In this document: piece by piece, positions 10,207-20,502 of the stretch
How the letters are laid out: each line of letters starts with the position of its first letter
How positions within the stretch are numbered: the first letter of the stretch is position 1
NCBI GenBank assembly: GCA_001000675.1
Contig: LCHW01000001.1
Span: forward strand, 289,424 to 353,423
Reading direction: 5' to 3'
Origin: Candidatus Wolfebacteria bacterium GW2011_GWE2_44_13
GTDB taxonomy: Bacteria > Patescibacteriota > Minisyncoccia > UBA6257 > UBA9933
DNA: 64,000 nucleotides
Position numbers and translations under genes: made by a program
Notes under the pieces: generated by a model
What the model was told of the DNA's origin: nothing
Seen by the model: the letters and a program-made list of their open reading frames with translations, nothing else
Databases searched by the model: none

Positions 10207-12381
10207 ATGGTCCATGATTTATTGAAAGATACAACGGTTACCTACACCTGTTCGATGCACCCCGAAATTACATCGGAAACTCCAGGAAACTGCCCTAAGT
10301 GTGGCATGGGGCTTGTTTTGCAAGGTTCAACCGATGTTGCACTTCCGGGAGCTATTCCTCATGCATCTGATAAGCATGCGGGTCATACGGCAGCGTCTTT
10401 TTTGCGTAAATTTTGGATTGGACTATTGTTAAGTATTCCCGTTGTGTTGTACTCGGAGCTTCCTGAGGTACTACTAGGTGTGCGCATGCCTACATTCCCT
10501 GGGATGCAGTATCTTGGACCATTATTAGGCTCAATCATTTTTTTCTATGGCGGGTGGATTTTTCTTATTGGCGCGGTTAATGAAATTCGTGCAAAGTTGC
10601 CGGGGATGATGACACTTATTTCGCTTGCTATTGTGAGTGCGTATACCTATAGCATGTATGTTTTTGCTATAGGAGCTACGCATGCATTGTTCTGGGAGCT
10701 CGCAACGCTTATCACAATTATGTTATTGGGACATTATTTGGAAATGCGTTCGATTGATACGGCTCAGCACGCTTTGCGTGAGCTTGCTGCCTTATTGCCT
10801 GATACCGCCGAGATAATGGTTGGGCAAGTTACCCGCGGCGTTACGTTAGCAGAGCTAAATGTAAACGATCTTGTTATTGTAAAGCCAGGAGGAAAAATTC
10901 CAGCCGATGGTGTTGTTATTGAGGGAGAGTCTCAGGTGAATGAATCAATGATGACTGGCGAATCGAAACCGGTTGAGAAGAAGGTTAATAGCACTGTTGT
11001 GGCTGGAACAATTAATGGAGATGGACGATTAGTTGTTGCAATTACAAGAATTGGCGAAGGCACTTTTTTGGCGGGGGTTATGCGACTTGTTGCCGGTGCA
11101 CAAACGTCAAAGTCGCGATTACAGGTACTTGCCGACAAGACTGCTTTTTATTTAACAGGTATTGCAATTGTAACCGCGCTAAGTACGCTATTTATTTGGC
11201 TTTCGCTGGATAAGGGGACTGCTTTTGCGATGGAGCGTTTTATCGCCGTATTAGTTGTCGCATGTCCGCATGCACTGGGGCTCGCAGTGCCGCTTGTTGT
11301 TGCGATTTCAACCTCGATCGCTTCGCGTAATGGACTATTTATTAAAGATCGCCTTGCGCTTGAAGCAGCACGAACAATTGATATCGTATTGTTTGATAAA
11401 ACAGGCACGTTAACCGAGGGAGCGTATGGAGTGAATGCAATTATCCCCCTTACTAACACAACCACCGACGCAGATAAACAGGCTACTGTTGCGGCTCGTG
11501 AACAGGAGAATATTTTACGACTCGCTGCTTCGCTTGATTTTGCATCTGAACACCCTGTTTCACGTGCTATTGCAGGAGAGGCGATGAAGCGGGGTATTGA
11601 ACTCTTTCCCGTGACGCACTTTGTTCGAGTGCCTGGGAAAGGGGTAAGAGGGATTGTTCGCGGTATGCGTGTTGAAATTGGCGGTGAATCGCTAGTCGGA
11701 TCTAAAATGATAGATGGACTAGTGCAGGATGTGCATAGGGAGATAGCGCTTCTCGCAGGTAAGGGGCAGACAATCGTGTATGTTATGGCTGATGATAATC
11801 CGATTGGTGTTATTGCACTTGCCGACATTATTCGTCCTGAGGCAAAAGAGGCGATTGTTGCTTTGAAACGCCTCGGCATAAAGCCAGTTATGGTTACGGG
11901 AGATGCTGAGGAAGTTGCTGAATGGGTTGCACAGGATGTGGGTATTGCTGAATATTTCTTCCGCGTATCACCTCATGATAAAGTAGAAAAAATAAAAGCA
12001 TATCAAGAAAAAGGACTACGGGTTGCGATGGTTGGTGATGGTGTTAATGATGCTGCTGCATTGATGCAGGCAAATGTAGGTATTGCAATTGGTGCGGGAA
12101 CAAACGTCGCAATTGAATCAGCGGGTATTGTGTTGGCCAAAAACGATCCACGTGATGTTGTTAAAATAATTCGATTGGCGCGATTAACCTATCGCAAGAT
12201 GGTACAGAATTTATTCTGGGCTGCTGGCTATAATGTTATTGCCATTCCACTTGCTGCAGGAGCTTTGTATGCATGGGGTATTGTATTATCGCCCGCGATT
12301 TCTGCCATATTTATGTCAGTGAGTACGATTATCGTTGCTGCAAACGCATTGTTATTACGTCGAAATGGGCAGGTACTATAG
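10207..12381 (+). CDS. copB: P1B-type copper-translocating ATPase (CopB-like)
   Basis: YTCSMHP..CPKCGM metal-binding domain, TGES, CPHALGLA, DKTGT, SEHP, GDGVND, YN. Confidence 0.9.
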   Translation: MVHDLLKDTTVTYTCSMHPEITSETPGNCPKCGMGLVLQGSTDVALPGAIPHASDKHAGHTAASFLRKFWIGLLLSIPVVLYSELPEVLLGVRMPTFPGMQYLGPLLGSIIFFYGGWIFLIGAVNEIRAKLPGMMTLISLAIVSAYTYSMYVFAIGATHALFWELATLITIMLLGHYLEMRSIDTAQHALRELAALLPDTAEIMVGQVTRGVTLAELNVNDLVIVKPGGKIPADGVVIEGESQVNESMMTGESKPVEKKVNSTVVAGTINGDGRLVVAITRIGEGTFLAGVMRLVAGAQTSKSRLQVLADKTAFYLTGIAIVTALSTLFIWLSLDKGTAFAMERFIAVLVVACPHALGLAVPLVVAISTSIASRNGLFIKDRLALEAARTIDIVLFDKTGTLTEGAYGVNAIIPLTNTTTDADKQATVAAREQENILRLAASLDFASEHPVSRAIAGEAMKRGIELFPVTHFVRVPGKGVRGIVRGMRVEIGGESLVGSKMIDGLVQDVHREIALLAGKGQTIVYVMADDNPIGVIALADIIRPEAKEAIVALKRLGIKPVMVTGDAEEVAEWVAQDVGIAEYFFRVSPHDKVEKIKAYQEKGLRVAMVGDGVNDAAALMQANVGIAIGAGTNVAIESAGIVLAKNDPRDVVKIIRLARLTYRKMVQNLFWAAGYNVIAIPLAAGALYAWGIVLSPAISAIFMSVSTIIVAANALLLRRNGQVL

Positions 12382-12423
12382 CCCTATTTCACAAAATTGG
12401 CTTTTTATATACAATACAAACAT

Positions 12424-13692
12424 ATGCATATTTTGGATGAATTAAAGGAACGGGGGCTTGTCTATCAGGTTTCCAATGAAGCAGCGGTGCGTGAATTAAT
12501 CGATCAAAAAGGTGGGTTATTTTATATTGGTTTTGACCCAACAGCATCGAGCTTGCATGTGGGGGGATTGTTGGGGATTGTATTTTCAAAGCGACTTGAA
12601 CTTGCGGGGATGATTCCGGTCATGCTTGTAGGGGGCGCAACAGGGCGTATTGGTGATCCGAGTGGACGCTCACAGGAGCGAACGCTGAATACCTACGACG
12701 CTGTTGAGTCAATGACCTCAGGCCTTGAGAAGCAAATTGGTCAATTCAATTTTGAACATGCTCATTTTGTAAATAATTATGATTGGCTTGGCATGATGCC
12801 ACTTGTTGATTTTTTGCGTGATGCAGGAAAATATTTTACCGTCAATGAAATGCTTGCAAAAGATTCGGTAAAAACGCGCATGGAAGATGGTATTTCATTT
12901 ACCGAATTTAGCTACCAACTATTACAAGCGTATGATTTTTTGAAGTTGTATGAATCGCGTAATGTTACCTTGCAACTTGGCGGTTCCGATCAGTGGGGAA
13001 ATATTACTGCCGGCATCGAGTTGGTCCGCAAGGTGAAGCATGTTGAAGTGCTTGGCATGACGATGCCATTGGTTACGCGTGCCGATGGAAAGAAAATGGG
13101 AAAGAGCGAGAGTGGCGCTGTGTGGCTTGATCCGACGATGACATCACCGTACCACCTGTATCAGTTTTGGCTTAATGTTGATGACGCTGATGTTGTTAAG
13201 TTTTTAAAATATTATACGTTTTTGGCGCTGGAAGAAATCGCCGTACTTGAACAGTCATTACAGACTGAGCCTGAAAAGCGTGAGGCACACAAGGCGCTTG
13301 CGGATGCGGTAACTGAATTTGTACATGGCAAGGAGGCGTTGGAGCAGGCAAAGAAAATGTCCGAAGTGTTGTTCGGAGGCGATATATTCGAAATCGTTTC
13401 GGATAAAAAGAAGTGCGAAGCATTGTTTGTCGGAAATATTGCTGTGCAGCAAATTAAAACGCTTAATACAATGACAATTGTAGATTTTCTTGCGTCGCTT
13501 GCGTGGAAGGCGCCGTTATCAAAGCGACAGGCAAAGGAAGATATCGAGGCTGGAGCAATTGAAATAAATGGAAAGAAAGTGAGTGATGGGGAGCAGGTAT
13601 TGGGCGTAGGGGAAAACGATGTATTATTTAACCGATATATTATCGTAAAAAGAGGCAAGAAAAATTACCATTTTGTAGAGGTTGTGCAATAA
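12424..13692 (+). CDS. tyrS: Tyrosine--tRNA ligase
   Basis: YIGFDPTASSLHVG, IGDPSG, QLGGSDQWGNI, KMGKS, S4-like C-terminus. Confidence 0.97.
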   Translation: MHILDELKERGLVYQVSNEAAVRELIDQKGGLFYIGFDPTASSLHVGGLLGIVFSKRLELAGMIPVMLVGGATGRIGDPSGRSQERTLNTYDAVESMTSGLEKQIGQFNFEHAHFVNNYDWLGMMPLVDFLRDAGKYFTVNEMLAKDSVKTRMEDGISFTEFSYQLLQAYDFLKLYESRNVTLQLGGSDQWGNITAGIELVRKVKHVEVLGMTMPLVTRADGKKMGKSESGAVWLDPTMTSPYHLYQFWLNVDDADVVKFLKYYTFLALEEIAVLEQSLQTEPEKREAHKALADAVTEFVHGKEALEQAKKMSEVLFGGDIFEIVSDKKKCEALFVGNIAVQQIKTLNTMTIVDFLASLAWKAPLSKRQAKEDIEAGAIEINGKKVSDGEQVLGVGENDVLFNRYIIVKRGKKNYHFVEVVQ

Positions 13693-13695
13693 ATT

Positions 13696-13721
13696 AAAAT
13701 CCGCCTTTAAGGCGGATTTTT
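13696..13721 (+). terminator. Rho-independent terminator after tyrS
   Basis: aaaatccgcc-tttaa-ggcggattttt. Confidence 0.75.
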
Positions 13722-13770
13722 ATTTGGTTGATTTTTCGCTCAGTATCCCTATAATAAATAGGCTAATAAT

Positions 13771-13841
13771 GGGCCTGTAGTCTAGTGGTAGAACACGGCA
13801 TTCGCATTGCTGAGACGCGAGTTCGATTCTCGCCAGGTCCA
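13771..13841 (+). tRNA. tRNA-Ala(CGC)
   Basis: Cloverleaf gggcctg/caggtcc with G3:U70, anticodon loop ttCGCat, T-loop ttcgatt. Confidence 0.93.
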
Positions 13842-14029
13842 CCCATATGCAAAAAGAACTCCGGAATGATTCTTTTTGCTACTTTTCTTGCTTTGTATGG
13901 GATATAATTAAGGGGAAATAGTCGTTGGCTCTTTATTATGCTCGGATCGGCGTGGAGTTTTGTGTTACTACGATTCCATGCTGACCTGACCGTTTGGAAA
14001 ATCAAATTAATAGTCGCTCAATCAAAACC

Positions 14030-14824
14030 ATGGAAGATATAAACGAAAAGCAAAAAGAAGTTGCAGAAACAAAGGTGTGCCCATTCTGCAGGAAAGAAAT
14101 ATCCATAGAGGCTACGAAGTGCCCCTATTGTCAATCAACCTTAATAACAGATAAAAATGCAAAATTAATTTTGATGTCGTCGTTAGGTTTATTTTTGATT
14201 TCATTTGGGGCCTTTATATTTTTCATTTCCATATTTTCTGCAGTCTTTGGAATAAATGTTACGCAGTATGTATGGTGGCTTATTATTCCATTTGCGCTAG
14301 GATTTATTTGGAAAAAACAAAAAATGGGTCAACAGAAGAAAATAGAATCCTCGCCAAGTCTTAAAAAAATTCCACTTCTAATATGGGCGCTCATTCTGTT
14401 GGTGGCGCCAATAGTAATAGTGGGGGTAATTTTTTTAGGAATTGTAATTATGGCCCCTGCGCCTTCTAATAGAAATAGTGCTCCCGTAATAAATACTCCT
14501 GCTCAACAAAAGGGTATCCAAGTGACAGCGATTCAGCTCGCAACAGATTATGAAGCGAATGAAATAGCCGCAGATACGAAGTATAAAGACCAGATTGTTG
14601 AGGTGACAGGAACGATTAAAGATATTAGTAAGGACATACTCGGTGCACCCTATATTATTTTAAGTGGGGACCCAAACTCGATTACAGATGTGCAGTGTAC
14701 CTTTGATAAGAGTAAACAAAACCAGCTTATACCGCTTACTAAAGATACAAAGATCACGCTACTTGGGAAAGTAAGCAGAAAACTTCTTAATGTACGTGTT
14801 GATGAGTGTTCTATAATTCAATAA
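14030..14824 (+). CDS. Zinc-ribbon + TM + tRNA_anti-like OB-fold membrane protein
   Basis: CPFC..CPYC ribbon, TM helices, YEANEIAADTKYKDQIVEVTG OB-fold signature. Confidence 0.75.
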   Translation: MEDINEKQKEVAETKVCPFCRKEISIEATKCPYCQSTLITDKNAKLILMSSLGLFLISFGAFIFFISIFSAVFGINVTQYVWWLIIPFALGFIWKKQKMGQQKKIESSPSLKKIPLLIWALILLVAPIVIVGVIFLGIVIMAPAPSNRNSAPVINTPAQQKGIQVTAIQLATDYEANEIAADTKYKDQIVEVTGTIKDISKDILGAPYIILSGDPNSITDVQCTFDKSKQNQLIPLTKDTKITLLGKVSRKLLNVRVDECSIIQ

Positions 14825-15112
14825 ATTGTGTAATGCAAAAGAGCCTTAAATGGCTCTTTTTTATCCTATATTTAGGCTCCATGGCCTATTTCTGGGTTGG
14901 TAGAGTGACGCTGGGGAAACCTTTATTAAAGAGATATATAAACTACCATCTTTAGATTTGGAAGGGTTTCTGCGTCACGATTCTTGATATGTGAGAAGTT
15001 GGTTTGATTTATGCTCTGATTAAGGCAGGGCCTATATATGGAAAATCTAAAAAATTGACAATAGGGTCTTGTTTTCGGGATAATAGGTGCACAAAGGGGA
15101 ACATCTAATTAA

Positions 15113-17887
15113 ATGCCTAATAATAATCAATTTTTAAATGGTTCTGAGTGGCGCAAATGGGATTTACACGTCCATGCCCCTGGATCAAAACAACAGGAGT
15201 TGTATGTAACGGAGGATGGGAGCAATCCATTGGATGTTTTTTGTGACATTATAGAGCAATCTGATACCGATGTTTTTGGAATAACAGATTATTTTTCCGT
15301 AGAGAACTACTTTATTTTTCTTGAGTGGTTTAAGACAAAATTCCCTGATTCAAAGAAGGCGTTTTTCCCAAATATTGAATTTCGATTGGATGATAAAAAT
15401 AAAGAAAGTGACTATGTAAATTTTCATGTTATTTTTTCTGATGAAGTTGCGCAGGACGATATACAGAAATTTTTATGTGATATTGAACTTAAAAATTTGC
15501 ATCCTGATGGAGGGGGTTCAACTTTAAAGTGTAATCCAATTGATCTTGGAATGATTGGGTATGATAAAGCACTTGTGACCATCGATGCTATATTAGAGTC
15601 TCATAAAAAAACTTTTGGCAAGAGGGATATTTCCTTTATGTGTGGAGTTGCAAACGGATATGGTGGTATCAGGCCACCCCAGCAACAGGGGCGCCATACG
15701 GAATATGCAAAAATTGTTGACGATGTGTGCCAAATTTTTTTTGGGAGAGCTCAAGATAAAGACTTCTTTTTAGGCACTACTCGTTATGAGGGGTCAATAA
15801 GTAAGCCAGTAATATGCGGGTGTGATGCGCATTCATTTGATCAACTTAACGCATGGTTGGGGAAGCAAGTAATTAGTAATAACGAAAAGGGAGAAAGTTA
15901 TATTGAAAAGGATGTTACTTGGATTAAAGCTGACCAGACCTTTGAAGGTTTGCGCCAAATTCTTTATGAGCCAAGTGATAGGGTAAAAATTCAAGAGCAT
16001 TCTCCTTATGCAGATAATAGCAAAATATATTTTAAATCCCTTGATTTATCGGGCAGTGTAAATTTTATTTTGCCCGATATTGAACTACCGATAAATAGGG
16101 AGCTTGTAGCTATAATTGGTGGGAGAGGTAGTGGGAAAAGCGCCCTTTTGGATACTTTTGCTTTTTTAAATGAAGAGCATCTTAAAAAAGATCAGAATGG
16201 TAAAAAGAAAATAATCGAATATTATCGAGATAATGAGGGGTATGTAGAACCACGCCCTTCTTTTATGCTTACTACGACCCTAGTTGATAAGGATGGAGTT
16301 GAGCAGGATTTTGAAAAAACGCTTATTGATAGAGATGATATAGAGCTGCCCTTTTTATATCTCGGGCAGGAACAGTTAAGTGGTATTGCAACGAATGATT
16401 CTGAGCTTACGCGTACCGTTTGCCAATTGATTGGTATTGATATAAATGAAATTGGTACGGAAAGTCTTATTGCGCGTGCACGCACGACTCTTAGCGACAT
16501 TAATAATACTCGGAAATCACTTAGTGATATTTATGAAAGGTGTGCTTTAGTTGGGTATGTTCTTGGAACTGATATTACAGTTTGGTTAAGAGAGTATTGT
16601 AACAAGTTAAAAGAGCAGCAAAAAAGACTTTCTTCTAGGGAGACAAGGGATGTTCTAGAAGATATAAGTACTAAAACAAAGCGAGGTTTGAGGCTTAAAG
16701 ATTTAAATGAAAAAGTAGCCGTTCTCCTATCGACTCTAAAGGACATACCACTTAATGTCGAAATTAGTGCATTCAATCTTCAATTGAGAGAAATTTATAC
16801 CGACTGCCCAGAGCTTGCGCCTTTAAGCTCATCTTCTCAGATAGCAGCAGTTATAGCTCTCCAAAATAGAATAACAGCAGAAATGGATAAGTTGCGAACG
16901 GAAATTGCAACAAAGAAAATCGAGTTGATTAAGCAAGATATTAAGGAAGATGTAAATAGTCTTTTGCAGGCAAGCGAATCGCTTGAGCGTGAGATTGGCG
17001 TGGTTGAAAAAGATCAAAAAAACTGCGCTGATGCCGTTCTTAGGCTTGAAAATTTACATATTCAGCGTGGTAAAATTTTAGAGGATATTCAAACTTCTCT
17101 TAAATCGCTTGGCGAATCTATCTCTTCTGCCTTCAATTCTTTTCAGGGGTCTCGCTCTGATTCGATTACTATTGAGAAAGAATTGTTTGAGAAGATGATT
17201 AAAGGGATTAGTATAGAAGGGGCTATCGAGTTTAATCAAAGGGTATTTGCTAATAAGGTATTGACTGAGTTTGTGGATAGACGAACAGTCCCGAATGAAA
17301 TTACTCTGAGAGAATTAATAGCTGGTAAAAATACAGATGGCACAATAAAAGAGATTACACTTGAGAACCTTTTTTTGTGGGCACAATCTGATTTAGGTTC
17401 GCAAAAATGCTTCAGCCGTGGCGGGCTAGATAATTTAGTTGAGTACATTTTTACAGAATGGCCCGATTTTTTGAAAGTAAGGGCGGTGGCAAAACTTAAT
17501 GGAAAATCTACTGAAGTTCTATCTATCGGACAGCGAGGCACCTTGCTTTTGAAAGTGTATCTTGCGACAGCATCAGCAAAACAAGTTTTTGTAATCGACC
17601 AACCAGAGGATAATCTTGATAATAATTTTATAATGAATGAGCTTGTTCCGTTGATTCGAAATGCGAAACGCTCTAGGCAAATCATAATGTCTACCCATAA
17701 TGCAAACTTGGTTGTTAATGCAGATGCGGAGCAGGTGATTATAGCCCAGCTAGATCATCATCCGGCTGGCAGCTATTTAACTGGCAGTATTGAAGCCCCC
17801 GAAATAAATAAAAATATTAGGGATATTCTTGAGGGTGGCGAAGAAGCTTTTAGACAACGCGAGCGTAAATATTTTTTTAAGAGCTAA
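15113..17887 (+). CDS. PHP phosphoesterase + ABC/SMC-type ATPase (TrlF/Ppl-like, candidate anti-phage)
   Basis: WRKWDLHVH, GITDY, GCDAH (PHP); GGRGSGKS, coiled coil, LSIGQRG, VIDQPEDNLD, STHNAN. Confidence 0.85.
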   Translation: MPNNNQFLNGSEWRKWDLHVHAPGSKQQELYVTEDGSNPLDVFCDIIEQSDTDVFGITDYFSVENYFIFLEWFKTKFPDSKKAFFPNIEFRLDDKNKESDYVNFHVIFSDEVAQDDIQKFLCDIELKNLHPDGGGSTLKCNPIDLGMIGYDKALVTIDAILESHKKTFGKRDISFMCGVANGYGGIRPPQQQGRHTEYAKIVDDVCQIFFGRAQDKDFFLGTTRYEGSISKPVICGCDAHSFDQLNAWLGKQVISNNEKGESYIEKDVTWIKADQTFEGLRQILYEPSDRVKIQEHSPYADNSKIYFKSLDLSGSVNFILPDIELPINRELVAIIGGRGSGKSALLDTFAFLNEEHLKKDQNGKKKIIEYYRDNEGYVEPRPSFMLTTTLVDKDGVEQDFEKTLIDRDDIELPFLYLGQEQLSGIATNDSELTRTVCQLIGIDINEIGTESLIARARTTLSDINNTRKSLSDIYERCALVGYVLGTDITVWLREYCNKLKEQQKRLSSRETRDVLEDISTKTKRGLRLKDLNEKVAVLLSTLKDIPLNVEISAFNLQLREIYTDCPELAPLSSSSQIAAVIALQNRITAEMDKLRTEIATKKIELIKQDIKEDVNSLLQASESLEREIGVVEKDQKNCADAVLRLENLHIQRGKILEDIQTSLKSLGESISSAFNSFQGSRSDSITIEKELFEKMIKGISIEGAIEFNQRVFANKVLTEFVDRRTVPNEITLRELIAGKNTDGTIKEITLENLFLWAQSDLGSQKCFSRGGLDNLVEYIFTEWPDFLKVRAVAKLNGKSTEVLSIGQRGTLLLKVYLATASAKQVFVIDQPEDNLDNNFIMNELVPLIRNAKRSRQIIMSTHNANLVVNADAEQVIIAQLDHHPAGSYLTGSIEAPEINKNIRDILEGGEEAFRQRERKYFFKS

Positions 17888-17962
17888 TTAAGATAAGGCG
17901 TTTTATCTGCTGGCAGAATTTTTTGAACCATGGTATTATTTTGAATAAATGTCTACACAAAT

Positions 17963-18910
17963 ATGGAAATAGAAATTTTTGAAGAAGATGGTAGCAATAC
18001 ACTTTCTCTTAGCGATAAAGACGTTGATTTTACTATTAACGTAGACACGGAGTCAAAAACTTATAGGTCAAGAATGAGTTTAAATGATGATGTCTATTAT
18101 CGCACGGAAAATTTTCAATATAGAATTTCTGTAGACCCTATTCGCCTTGAAGTTCGATTAGTTGCGCGACTCGATGAACCGCCACCTGACAAATACTCAG
18201 TCAAAGATGGGGTAGTTTTGGAGTCTGAAATTCTTGCAGACCGAGGTGAACTTATGGCTTCAATGACTAAGGAATTTATTAATGGCCTCAAAAAAGAAGT
18301 TGAATGGCATGAGGAGTGGGTTGGCGACCCTGTTTCCATGTACCTCCTTTTAAAGCACCCTGAAATAATTTCCCCCGATGATTACCGACGTCACTTGCGA
18401 CAGTTAGCAGAAAAAATAAAGTCAGCAACTCTTAAAGTTAGGAAAGCACTTGAACTAGATAAAACGGGTTTGCAAATAACCGATGAGTACGAAGGTTCAG
18501 GGCGTGCAATTTGGTATTCGAAATCAAAACAGGACGGAATGTCCGAAGAGGAAATCAATGACGCCATAAAGCACCAGAAAAAAGTTCAAGAGAGATTGTT
18601 TGATGAGAAATCAAATGAATATGTCGGCATTTCCGAAAGTGAGTTTAGGTCGAGCGACCAAATACTAAAATATATTGATGTGTTTCTGAGTAAGAAGTCC
18701 GCGCCTACCAAAAAAGAAGAAAAGAACAAGGCATCTTTTGGTATTAACTTTGGAGCTTTTATTATTAAATGGATTTGGCTATTTGTTGTTGTGTCTGTAG
18801 CCCTCGGGCTACTTTCTTTGATTGTTAACATCCTTCAATACGATTTTACCTTTGCGTTTGTTACTTCGGGCATCTTGGCGTTTTCCCTAATTCTTCGACA
18901 GAATAAGTGA
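17963..18910 (+). CDS. Hypothetical protein with two C-terminal TM helices
   Basis: Long ORF, hydrophobic C-terminus. Confidence 0.65.
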   Translation: MEIEIFEEDGSNTLSLSDKDVDFTINVDTESKTYRSRMSLNDDVYYRTENFQYRISVDPIRLEVRLVARLDEPPPDKYSVKDGVVLESEILADRGELMASMTKEFINGLKKEVEWHEEWVGDPVSMYLLLKHPEIISPDDYRRHLRQLAEKIKSATLKVRKALELDKTGLQITDEYEGSGRAIWYSKSKQDGMSEEEINDAIKHQKKVQERLFDEKSNEYVGISESEFRSSDQILKYIDVFLSKKSAPTKKEEKNKASFGINFGAFIIKWIWLFVVVSVALGLLSLIVNILQYDFTFAFVTSGILAFSLILRQNK

Positions 18911-19118
18911 AGTGGGTTTGTGTGAAATTAGGGTCGTTTTTGCTTGCCTAAGCAATTCCGGCAACTTCTTGATATATTCCGATAGTTCCAATAAGTGGTC
19001 CCCATTTCCACAATTTGTAATTTTAATAAGAAATTGACATATTATTTAAAATATGTCACTGTATTTTTAGTGCGTACGTTCTTTTTTAACCTCATAACAG
19101 ATAGAAAGGAGTCTTCCT

Positions 19119-20372
19119 ATGTGGGATCCATATTCGGAATTTCAGTCGGCAATATTGCCAAATGGTCTGACGGTGCACGCGGCTTATTGGCCAGGACGTC
19201 CATGGGAATCTATAGGATTCCTTGTTCACAGTGGAGCTGAACATGATCCGATTGGACTCGAAGGGTTGGCGCATTTTGTTGAGCATTTGGTTTCTGATAA
19301 TGCAAACGTCCCCAATAAAGAAATACACGCGTTTTTTGAAGACTGCGGCGGTAGAGTTAATCTTGGAATAACTGATTATCCGGACACGCGTTATAATTTT
19401 TTTGTGCCGACGGGTAAGGCAGTTCTTGCAAGAGCTTTCTCAGTATTTGGCCACATGTTGTTTTCGGCCAAGTTTGAAAAATGCATCGAACGAGAGCGCC
19501 AAGTTGTTCTCGAGGAGTTTAATCGTCGCTACACAAACAATCTTAAGTTTGACCTGGATACTCGCGAACGCAAGGCGCTTTATACTGATTGTTGGCTCGG
19601 ACGATTTGTTCGTCCGCTTGGCAATCCCGAATCGGTTAAACGAATAACGCAAGCTGACTTGCAGTCGTATTACAACACGCATTACGTACCCGCAAACATG
19701 AGTATTGTGGCGGTTGGTGGTATGCAACTTTCGGAACTCGTCGAACTTCTCTCAGAAAGTCCTTTTGCGATGAGCAAGAACGGGGCGCGAACGTCGCTGC
19801 CAATTCCAGTAACTAATATTTCTTTACCCTTGGAGGCTTGTTATGTGGTCGAAGCTTCTAAGTACGTTTCCATCCCAATCAACGTCGGTTCCTACCGAAG
19901 TGTTGCTAAGGTGCCAGGTAATATCAATGGACAGGCGCTTTACATTCTGAAGAAGATGCTTGATGAAATATTGAACGAAGAAGTACGAGAGCGGCGCGCT
20001 TGGGCGTATGCCATTGATAGCTCTCGCCGTAGCTTTCGACATTTCTATGAATTTTCAATCAACTGTAGCGCGCTCGCGCTCAAGGCGATTGATAATCTCG
20101 AGAAAGTTGTCGAGACTTGTATTGCTACAGCGGGAAGCAGCGAGGGCTTATTTGCTCAAATCAAGCGTCAGTCTCTCGCGAATCATTTCATGATTGACCC
20201 GACGGGCAGAGGTGTCTGCGATGGCGCACTTGATGATCTTACTCACGCACACCGAATCATCTCTCTTTCAGAAAACGCTCATGATCTTGAATGCGTGACG
20301 ATGGACGATGTTCGTGATGCACTTCAGTGGCTTCGACCAGAACAACGGTGGACGCTTATCACGAAGCCCTGA
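19119..20372 (+). CDS. M16 family zinc peptidase
   Basis: LPNGL, GLAHFVEH (HxxEH), ERERQVVLEE, YVPANM; SD gaaaggag. Confidence 0.9.
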   Translation: MWDPYSEFQSAILPNGLTVHAAYWPGRPWESIGFLVHSGAEHDPIGLEGLAHFVEHLVSDNANVPNKEIHAFFEDCGGRVNLGITDYPDTRYNFFVPTGKAVLARAFSVFGHMLFSAKFEKCIERERQVVLEEFNRRYTNNLKFDLDTRERKALYTDCWLGRFVRPLGNPESVKRITQADLQSYYNTHYVPANMSIVAVGGMQLSELVELLSESPFAMSKNGARTSLPIPVTNISLPLEACYVVEASKYVSIPINVGSYRSVAKVPGNINGQALYILKKMLDEILNEEVRERRAWAYAIDSSRRSFRHFYEFSINCSALALKAIDNLEKVVETCIATAGSSEGLFAQIKRQSLANHFMIDPTGRGVCDGALDDLTHAHRIISLSENAHDLECVTMDDVRDALQWLRPEQRWTLITKP

Positions 20373-20502
20373 CTTTTGTCGAATAGCACGGCGGCTAAAT
20401 ATTCATCTTAGGATGATTGATTTAGCCGCTTTTTTTATATTACTTTTGTTTTATTGGGTGGATTTGGCTATACTTAGAAAATAGATTTATCGAGATTAAC
20501 GT

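Noticed and set aside
13771-20400. att duplication of tRNA-Ala closing the island
   Set aside because: No second copy of the tRNA-Ala 3' end was noticed, so the island boundary is undefined.
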